Assembly (NCBI GenBank): GCA_037445555.1
Contig: JBBIKG010000018.1
Coordinates: forward strand, 6,435-70,434
Direction of reading: 5' to 3'
From: Lentimicrobiaceae bacterium
GTDB taxonomy: Bacteria > Bacteroidota > Bacteroidia > Bacteroidales > JAAYJT01
Length of the DNA: 64,000 nucleotides
The translations under genes were made by a program, and so were the position numbers. Every line of letters starts with the position of its first letter. Position 1 is the first letter of the stretch. Below the pieces are notes generated by a model. The model saw only the letters and a list, made by a program, of their open reading frames with translations, had not been told where the DNA came from and searched no databases. Positions 57,151 to 64,000 of this stretch are shown one piece after another.

Positions 57151-58950
57151 ATGATATACTCATTTCTGCAAAACAGTATTGCCGATTTCGCTGCTGCATC
57201 CTATGGAATAGAGTCGGCGCCTGGCTCCGTGCAGGTTCAGAAAACGCGAAAGGAATTTGACGGTGACTTTACGGTGGTTACCTTTTCCTTGTCCAAAAAC
57301 GCGCGCAAAGCCCCCGAAGCCGTTGCTGAAGAGCTTGGTAAATGGTTGGTATCGAGGTTTTCTGAAACCTTCCGCCAGTTTAACGTGGTAAAGGGTTTTT
57401 TAAATCTTACCCTGACTCCGGATTACTGGATGAATTTTCTCAGGAATATAGCGGATGATGTGGCCTTCGGAACCACGGCAACGCCGGGCGATACCCCTGT
57501 ACTCGTCGAGTTCAGTTCGCCCAACACCAACAAGCCATTGCACCTCGGGCATATACGCAATAACCTGCTCGGCCACAGTGTCAGCGAAATCCTTAAAGCT
57601 GCCGGCCACCGGGTCGTAAAGCTCAACCTTGTTAATGACCGGGGAATACATATCTGCAAATCCATGCTGGCCTGGCAGCGGTGGGGAAATGGTGAAACTC
57701 CCGGCTCCTCAGGAATCAAAGGCGACCATTTGGTGGGTAAATACTATGTGCTCTTTGACAAGCATTATAAAGAAGAACTGAAAAAATTAAGGGAATCGGG
57801 GCTTGATGAGCCACAAGCCGAGGCTGCCAGCGTGCTCATGGCCGATGCCCGCGAAATGCTACGGCAATGGGAAAACGGCAACCCCGAGGTAAGAGCGCTG
57901 TGGAGCAGGATGAACCAATGGGTGTATGAAGGATTTGAGGCTACTTACAAAAGGATGAATATCACCTTTGATCAAATTGATTACGAGTCGGATACATACT
58001 TGCTTGGTAAAAATATTGTTCTTGAAGGTGTGTCGAATGGCACACTTGAACACCGTGAGGACGGCTCGGTTTGGGCGGATTTGAGAAGTCAGAACCTCGA
58101 CGAAAAACTCCTGCTAAGGTCAGATGGCACCTCGGTATATATGACACAGGACATTGGCACTGCCTGCAAACGTTACGAGCAATTCAAGCCATCAACGATG
58201 ATTTATGTTGTAGGCAACGAACAGAACTACCACTTCGATGTGCTTAAAAGAGTTCTTGGGCTTATTGGATACGGTTGGTCAGAAAATATCCATCACTTAA
58301 GCTATGGTATGGTAGAGCTGCCTCAGGGTAAGATGAAATCGCGCGAAGGAACTGTGGTTGATGCCGACGATCTTATGACGGAGATGTACGAAACCGCTCG
58401 CAGCACCACTTTGGCACTGGGTAAAACCGAAAATTTCTCGCCTCAGGAATTAGACGAGTTGTTTCATATGTTAGGGTTGGGTGCCCTTAAATATTTTATT
58501 CTTAAGGTTGATCCCCGTAAAACCATGCTGTTTAACCCTGAGGAGTCAATTGATTTTAATGGTCATACCGGCCCCTTTATTCAATACACCCATGCCCGAA
58601 TAAGGTCGGTGTTACGCAAGGCTGCTGAAGCCGGATGGAATGTGGATCATGCACAGTTACTGGTTGACCAAACCGTGATGCTCCCCGATAAGGAACGGCA
58701 ATTATTGCGCCTGGTTGCCGATTTTCCAACGGTATTGGAAGAAGCAGCCACAACACTCAGCCCTGCTTCCATTGCCAATTACGTGTATGAGCTGGCCAGG
58801 GAGTACAATCAGTTTTATCACGAGTTTTCGATACTGCACGAACCCAACAAATCGTTGGCGGCGTTGCGATTAGCTTTATCTGTGGTAATTGCCCGCATCC
58901 TACAGCGCGGCATGGGCTTGCTGGGAATTGATGTTCCGGAGAGAATGTAA
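57151..58950 (+). CDS. argS: arginine--tRNA ligase
   Basis: SSPNTNKPLHLGHIRN (HIGH region) ... MKSREG (KMSKS-like) ... and a C-terminal DALR anticodon-binding region. The TTG at 57145 is an alternative start. Confidence 0.93.
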   Translation: MIYSFLQNSIADFAAASYGIESAPGSVQVQKTRKEFDGDFTVVTFSLSKNARKAPEAVAEELGKWLVSRFSETFRQFNVVKGFLNLTLTPDYWMNFLRNIADDVAFGTTATPGDTPVLVEFSSPNTNKPLHLGHIRNNLLGHSVSEILKAAGHRVVKLNLVNDRGIHICKSMLAWQRWGNGETPGSSGIKGDHLVGKYYVLFDKHYKEELKKLRESGLDEPQAEAASVLMADAREMLRQWENGNPEVRALWSRMNQWVYEGFEATYKRMNITFDQIDYESDTYLLGKNIVLEGVSNGTLEHREDGSVWADLRSQNLDEKLLLRSDGTSVYMTQDIGTACKRYEQFKPSTMIYVVGNEQNYHFDVLKRVLGLIGYGWSENIHHLSYGMVELPQGKMKSREGTVVDADDLMTEMYETARSTTLALGKTENFSPQELDELFHMLGLGALKYFILKVDPRKTMLFNPEESIDFNGHTGPFIQYTHARIRSVLRKAAEAGWNVDHAQLLVDQTVMLPDKERQLLRLVADFPTVLEEAATTLSPASIANYVYELAREYNQFYHEFSILHEPNKSLAALRLALSVVIARILQRGMGLLGIDVPERM

Positions 58951-59219
58951 TGGCTGGAAGTTAGCCGCCTGTATCGGGTTTAACGATATAGATCAGGCCT
59001 GTAAGCTTCCCTCATCTTTGCCTGGAAAACTGTCTGCATTCTTCAGTTTGCTGGCGGCGTTCTTCATGAGCGCTCCTTAATTAAACGGTCCTTTGCTCAT
59101 ATAGCGTCAGGTTAGGTCATTTAACCTACTCGTTGCAGTTTATGAAACACTCTCTTCATTTGATGCCCCACTAGTCGGATTTCCATGGTCGACATCATTA
59201 AATTTCTGATTGATTAAAC

Positions 59220-60167
59220 CTATTGCTTGTACCTATAGGCAGCCTTTTTGAGTCTATCCATTATAGCCAGGCCGATCCCCTTCTCAGGAACAGTCTCAGC
59301 CACAAAATAATCGACATCAGCTTCCTCCATCTGGTGCAGGGCTGCAAATAGATTCACGGCATATTCGAAGAGGTCGTTGCTATGAGTAAGGCGCAGCACG
59401 GCTTTATATCCTTCGGTGTCCTTGCCGCTGAACGAAATCAAGCCGGCATCGGCTCTGTTGCGGGCATGTGCCGGAATATGGGTCGAGAGATACATGGGTT
59501 TTGCAGGGCTGTAATGCGACTTAACCATACCCGGAGCAAGCACTGTATGGTTGATTTCTGTTGAGGGACTATAAGGAACCAGGCGTTCGATGTCTTCTTT
59601 AAGTATGGCTCCATGCCTCACTATGTCGAAGCCTTTTTCGTTGAGAATCACGATGGTTGACTCGATTCCCACTTTTGTTCGACCGCCGTCGAGGATAAAC
59701 GGCACTGCAGGGAGTTGCTTGCGTACATGGGCTGCGGTTGTGGGGCTGATGCGGCCAAACTTGTTGGCGCTGGGCGCTGCTATTGGGCATCCCGCCCGCC
59801 GTATCAACTCCAGGGCGTAGGGGTTATCGGGCATTCTCACACCTACTGTTGGCAGACCTGAAGTAACAATTTCAGGGACCACGTTCGTTTTGGGCAAGAT
59901 TAGAGTAAGAGGGCCAGGCCAAAATCGATCGGCGATTTTATATACTCTTTCATCTTTAGCTGTTGTGAGCAAGGCCAGATCGGCTAAATCGGCAATATGA
60001 ACGATGAGCGGATCGAACGATGGGCGCTGTTTCATTTCGAAAATGCGCGCCACCGCCAACGGATCGAGGGCATTGGCACCTAAACCGTAAACCGTTTCGG
60101 TGGGGAAAGCAACCACATTGCCTTCTTTTATGTATTGTGCCGCCTGTTGTAACTGGCTGATTTGCAT
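59220..60167 (-). CDS. L-threonylcarbamoyladenylate synthase (Sua5/YwlC/TsaC type, with Sua5 C-terminal domain)
   Basis: VVAFPTETVYGLGANA ... KQRPSFDPLIVHI ... WPGPLTLIL ... APSANKFGRISPT. Confidence 0.85.
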   Translation of the reverse strand: MQISQLQQAAQYIKEGNVVAFPTETVYGLGANALDPLAVARIFEMKQRPSFDPLIVHIADLADLALLTTAKDERVYKIADRFWPGPLTLILPKTNVVPEIVTSGLPTVGVRMPDNPYALELIRRAGCPIAAPSANKFGRISPTTAAHVRKQLPAVPFILDGGRTKVGIESTIVILNEKGFDIVRHGAILKEDIERLVPYSPSTEINHTVLAPGMVKSHYSPAKPMYLSTHIPAHARNRADAGLISFSGKDTEGYKAVLRLTHSNDLFEYAVNLFAALHQMEEADVDYFVAETVPEKGIGLAIMDRLKKAAYRYKQ

Positions 60168-60398
60168 TATTAAGTCAAAAAAATATTACAGCGAGCAGAA
60201 GGACAAAGTAACTCTCACAACAAAATTGCTAAAGCCTTAGCGGATGCTTGATTGAACAACCTGCCTTTGGTCGCAAAATTAATTAAAAAGTACAGTTAAG
60301 GTATAACCCTTTAATGCTTAGCGGAGAGAGCGGCACAATAAAAATGGCTTTAGTTTCCAGCGCTGATTAGAAACAAATAAACTTATTGTTGGCCAGGC

Positions 60399-62414
60399 CT
60401 AATTCTGCAAAATTATATTTACAATCATTATTATGTCAAGCACCGATATAGCGCCATCTTTATTTACGTCAGCATTAGCAACACTGAAGCCTTGAGGTGG
60501 GTTTCCAAGGATATAATTCACCAATCCGATGATGTCTAAAACAGATACAATACCGTCATTATTTGTATCTCCAGCAATAGGGCCTATCGTGCTTATGAGT
60601 TGAGATAAAGGTCGCACCCAGACACCGGCGCCTAACGTTCCTGCATACAACATATCGTTAGCCACTACCAGCGAGTAGCCCGGTACTGCAGGCAGTCCGC
60701 TGCTTGCGCTCTTCCAGTTTTGTCCCAGATCTGAAGAAACGAACAAAGCACCCTTGGCTGTATACGCAAATATGTGATTTCCTGATCGAGCCAGAGCCTT
60801 GATGTCCTTATCGCTTCCAAAACCTGTATTTGATTCCGTCCAGCTATTTCCTTTATCGCTCGATATATATATTCCCGAAGTTGTACCTGCAATTATAGTA
60901 GATTCAACTGTTTTTAGCGCATTGACCCTATTGCCGGTCGTTGCAATTCCATTACTGGATGCGCTCCATGATGTCCCATCCAAAGTAGAACGAAAGATGC
61001 CGACACTTGTACCTGCGAGAATACGGTCATCAATAGTGGTATAAGTCCAAATATTTGCATCAGGTAGTCCTGTGCTATAATTGGCCCAAGTAGCCCCATC
61101 ATTCATTGATCGGTAACAGCCCTCCATGTAAGTGCCAGCGTATATTCGGGAGCCAATTATCTGAAGGGCGCGCACCTGAAGAAACTGTGTAATGTCATTA
61201 TTGATACTTGCCCAGCTTGAACCATTGTTTAATGAACGATACATACCTTTAAATGTGCCAATAAGTATTGCACCAGGGCTGGCTGCAATTGAAAATACGT
61301 CCGGATCATTAATTTTAGTCAGGCCGCCGAATGTCGTACTTGAGGTAAGCCCGGCATTAATGGGAGTCCATGAATTATTGTTCAGATTCAGCTTGAAGAT
61401 TCCGTTGCCATAGGTTCCGGCATATACATCGTTGCTCCGAGTCTCCATCGAATAAATCTCAGTAGCTCGGTATCCGCTGTTTATCAATGTCCATGTGCCT
61501 GAAAGACTGGTCAATTGAAATATGCCCCTGGTGACTGTTCCTGCGTACACTACTCCTCCTGCAGCCACAACCGAAGTAATTAATGGATCTGTAAGTCCGG
61601 TATTAATGGGCATCCAGCTATTACCATTATTCGAAGAATGGTACACACCCGATTCGGAAAGGCCTGCATAAATATTTGAACCTGATGAGGTTAGGCTGGT
61701 AACGTATGCAAGCACCCCACTGGTCAGCTGGGTCCAACTTTCGCCAGAATTCATTGAGCGAAACAATCCGGAATTGCCACCTGCAAAGAGCGTTGTCCCG
61801 ACAGAATGCAATGCATCAATTTTTCTAAGTGACATTCCTGTATTCATAGCTGCCCAATTAGTTCCATAGTTAGTCGATCTGAAAACGCCTCCGCTGTAGG
61901 TGCCGACAAAAAGTACAGTATCGATAGCAGCAAGCGACAGCACATGTTGGCTGGTGAGGCCGGTGTTAACCCATGTCCACGAAACTCCGTTATCCGTAGA
62001 TCGATATACCCCGCCCGATGTCCCAGCAAATACTTTTGTGCCTATCACAATCATTGCGTTTACAAAGCGTGTCTGAGTAAGGGAGTTATTGGCTTCCACC
62101 CATGTTTCTCCATTGTCGGTGGATCTAAAAACCCCATTTCCGTAGGTGCCTGCAAAAAGGACCGGACCTGCAGCAGCCAATGAAAGTACATTGTAGTTCG
62201 AAAGTCCGTTACCTGAAAATGACCACTGGTTTGAGCCTTGAGACATCCTGAATACTCCGCCCTGCGTGCCGGCAAGTATCAGGTTGTCTTTTACGATCAA
62301 TGCATTGGTTCTGCCACCCAGTGGCCCTGAAGTGGGCAACCACTGGGCAAATAAGATAGTTTGAAATAGTACGGCATGTACGGCCACAGTTGTCCAAAGT
62401 CTTTTTGTTTTCAT
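60399..62414 (-). CDS. secreted multi-blade BNR/Asp-box beta-propeller protein with C-terminal dockerin-like module
   Basis: Signal peptide, then about 13 repeats of G-[VIL]-[FY]-R-S-x-[DN]-x-G-x-[ST]-W (STDNGETW, STDNGVSW, SMNSGESW ...). The C-terminus carries two DxNxDGxxxxxD loops (DTNNDGIVSVLD, DVNKDGAISVLD). Confidence 0.75.
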   Translation of the reverse strand: MKTKRLWTTVAVHAVLFQTILFAQWLPTSGPLGGRTNALIVKDNLILAGTQGGVFRMSQGSNQWSFSGNGLSNYNVLSLAAAGPVLFAGTYGNGVFRSTDNGETWVEANNSLTQTRFVNAMIVIGTKVFAGTSGGVYRSTDNGVSWTWVNTGLTSQHVLSLAAIDTVLFVGTYSGGVFRSTNYGTNWAAMNTGMSLRKIDALHSVGTTLFAGGNSGLFRSMNSGESWTQLTSGVLAYVTSLTSSGSNIYAGLSESGVYHSSNNGNSWMPINTGLTDPLITSVVAAGGVVYAGTVTRGIFQLTSLSGTWTLINSGYRATEIYSMETRSNDVYAGTYGNGIFKLNLNNNSWTPINAGLTSSTTFGGLTKINDPDVFSIAASPGAILIGTFKGMYRSLNNGSSWASINNDITQFLQVRALQIIGSRIYAGTYMEGCYRSMNDGATWANYSTGLPDANIWTYTTIDDRILAGTSVGIFRSTLDGTSWSASSNGIATTGNRVNALKTVESTIIAGTTSGIYISSDKGNSWTESNTGFGSDKDIKALARSGNHIFAYTAKGALFVSSDLGQNWKSASSGLPAVPGYSLVVANDMLYAGTLGAGVWVRPLSQLISTIGPIAGDTNNDGIVSVLDIIGLVNYILGNPPQGFSVANADVNKDGAISVLDIIMIVNIILQN

Positions 62415-62474
62415 TGAGCGTAGTGATTAGGTAGGTAGATTAGTAAAATTGTAATTACAGGGGCTAAAACAAAG

Positions 62475-64000
62475 TTAGGCAGCTTGCAGTATAATGTTGA
62501 CTATCTGGATTATATCCAATACTGAAATATCGCCGCTGGCGTTAGTGTCAGCATTAATAAACGAGAAGGGACTAGGGTTGTTGCCCATTATAAAATTTAC
62601 GGTTGAAATAATATCTAGCACATCTACTTTGCCATCAATGTTGGCATCGCCACGCAAACCTGATTGCGTTGGGATCATCTCAGATAACTGACGCTTCCAA
62701 ACGCCATTGTTCATACACGCAGCGTAAACATGTGTTCCACTAACGGTTATAGCCTCAATACTCTTATTAGGCAGTCCATCGTCGACTGATAACCAGGTTG
62801 ATCCATTATTGGTAGATAGGTACAAGCCGTTGTTTTCGAGTCCAACAAACACATTGCCTGATTTATCAACAACCATTGACGTAATGAGACGCCAGCCTGG
62901 AAGGCCTGTATTGGCTGGCTCCCATGACGATCCTGCATTGCTCGATCGAAATACTCCAACGTGTGTGCCAGCATACATGTATTGTTCAAAGACAGATAGT
63001 TTTCTTATTGATCGACTTCCAACTCCTGAAGTTATTGGTGTCCAACTATCGCCCGCATTATCAGAACGAAATATGCCAGCAAAGGTACCTGCAAATAAGT
63101 TGGTGCCGTTGACTGCCAATGACAATATTCTTCGTGAGAAAGGGGTTGTCAGGCCGTTATTTATGGCACTCCAATTTGTGGTTGAAATATTGGTTCTGAG
63201 CACGCCCCCGCTTTCAGTGCCTGCATAAAGAGCATTCCCTAGCATGGTAAAACAAGTGACTGTAACTGAAGAGGCTGAATTGTTCCAGGCAGTCCAGCTG
63301 CCTGATGGGTTGGGTAGTCGAAAAACACCACTCCACCAATAACTGGAAAATAAATCAGAACCTGAGCTAAACAATGAGGTGCTATTGTAGTTTGATAAAC
63401 CAGTATTGGATTCTATCCAGGACACACCTTGGTTCGCTGTACGAAAAACTCCTCGTCCAATCATACTTACATAAATATTATTTGCATGTTCTGCTAGGGA
63501 AGTGATGGTGTACCCATAAATACCTTTGTTTACTTCAGTCCAGGTGGCTCCATTGTTTGATGAGCGATATGCTCCAAAACTGGTGGCAGCAAATAAATCT
63601 TCACCAAACACATGTAGCTCCTTTGCCCAGAAGTTAGCTGAAGATGTCCATGAATTTCCATTATTAGTTGAATTGAAAATCCCCTTATCTGTACAGATGA
63701 AAATCGTTGTTCCTTTTGCAATCACTGAGGAGACGTCTACATGTGGTAATCCTGTATTGACCTTTTCCCACAAATTGCCATTATTGGATGACCGATAAAC
63801 TCCCGATGTAGTTCCTATAAAAATAAAATTGTTTACCGTGACAAATGAATATATAGAAGGTAACCATCCGGGTAACCCGCTATTTATGGCAGACCAGCTC
63901 TGACCAAGATTATCTGAACGGAAAACACCCTCTGAGGTTCCGGCAAAGATAGAGTTTCCTGAAGTGTGTAGAGAAAAAACATAAAGCGTGGTTAGACCGT
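62475..64000 (-). CDS. paralogous BNR/Asp-box propeller protein with C-terminal dockerin-like module; 5'-partial (frame open to the right window edge)
   Basis: Same repeat architecture (STNNGNSW, SSNNGATW, TANQGVSW ...). The C-terminus carries DANIDGKVDVLD and DTNASGDISVLD. I checked the frame codon by codon from 63773 to 64000 and found no stop, so the TTG at 63773 in the track is not the real start. Confidence 0.75.
   Translation of the reverse strand, partial: GLTTLYVFSLHTSGNSIFAGTSEGVFRSDNLGQSWSAINSGLPGWLPSIYSFVTVNNFIFIGTTSGVYRSSNNGNLWEKVNTGLPHVDVSSVIAKGTTIFICTDKGIFNSTNNGNSWTSSANFWAKELHVFGEDLFAATSFGAYRSSNNGATWTEVNKGIYGYTITSLAEHANNIYVSMIGRGVFRTANQGVSWIESNTGLSNYNSTSLFSSGSDLFSSYWWSGVFRLPNPSGSWTAWNNSASSVTVTCFTMLGNALYAGTESGGVLRTNISTTNWSAINNGLTTPFSRRILSLAVNGTNLFAGTFAGIFRSDNAGDSWTPITSGVGSRSIRKLSVFEQYMYAGTHVGVFRSSNAGSSWEPANTGLPGWRLITSMVVDKSGNVFVGLENNGLYLSTNNGSTWLSVDDGLPNKSIEAITVSGTHVYAACMNNGVWKRQLSEMIPTQSGLRGDANIDGKVDVLDIISTVNFIMGNNPSPFSFINADTNASGDISVLDIIQIVNIILQAA

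Overview
This window looks like a chromosomal, mostly housekeeping segment of a Bacteroidota-type genome. The evidence for that placement is many lipoproteins with an L-x-x-C lipobox, DUF3078 and Reg_prop families, TAnnTTTG-type -7 promoter motifs, and a GH57/GT4/debranching-enzyme glycogen cluster. Coding density is high on both strands. I recognise about 60 protein genes, one tRNA-Ser(UGA), three well-formed and two weaker rho-independent terminator candidates, and one probable pseudogene. I saw no rRNA, no CRISPR array, and no transposase, integrase or phage genes.

Main functional blocks:
- 1.1-4.1 kb: an orphan sensor kinase and arsM.
- 6.0-7.8 kb: a DUF438/DUF1858 pair.
- 8.1-10.3 kb: tRNA-Ser, an LpxL-like acyltransferase and a GT2 glycosyltransferase.
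- 10.3-15.4 kb: aroQ and a glycogen cluster.
- 15.8-19.4 kb: a three-gene envelope operon of unknown function.
- 19.5-21.9 kb: copA with a small metal-binding (HMA) protein.
- 22-26.9 kb: an OmpA-family protein, queE, folD and ffh.
- 27.2-29.9 kb: a four-subunit 2-oxoacid:ferredoxin oxidoreductase.
- 34-43.6 kb: peroxide-stress genes (gpx, yaaA, Fur-family regulator with katG).
- 46.3-58.9 kb: an arginine/pyrimidine supercluster (pyrI, pyrB, carB, argR, argG, argH, carA, a P-loop protein, argS).
- 60.4-64.0 kb: two tandem BNR-propeller proteins with C-terminal dockerin-like modules.

I did not find a convincing multi-gene novel defense or mobile system. The most unusual signals are:
- a composite repeat and inverted-repeat structure fused to the 3' end of tRNA-Ser;
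- a three-segment, mutually exclusive pairing element that includes a perfect Shine-Dalgarno sequence in the corA leader;
- a perfect 7-1-7 Fur-type operator at the promoter of a cysteine-less Fur-family regulator upstream of katG;
- an uncharacterised P-loop protein inside the carbamoyl-phosphate/arginine locus;
- the dockerin-tagged propeller paralogs.

All family assignments come from reading the translated ORFs and recognising motifs. No database search was run.
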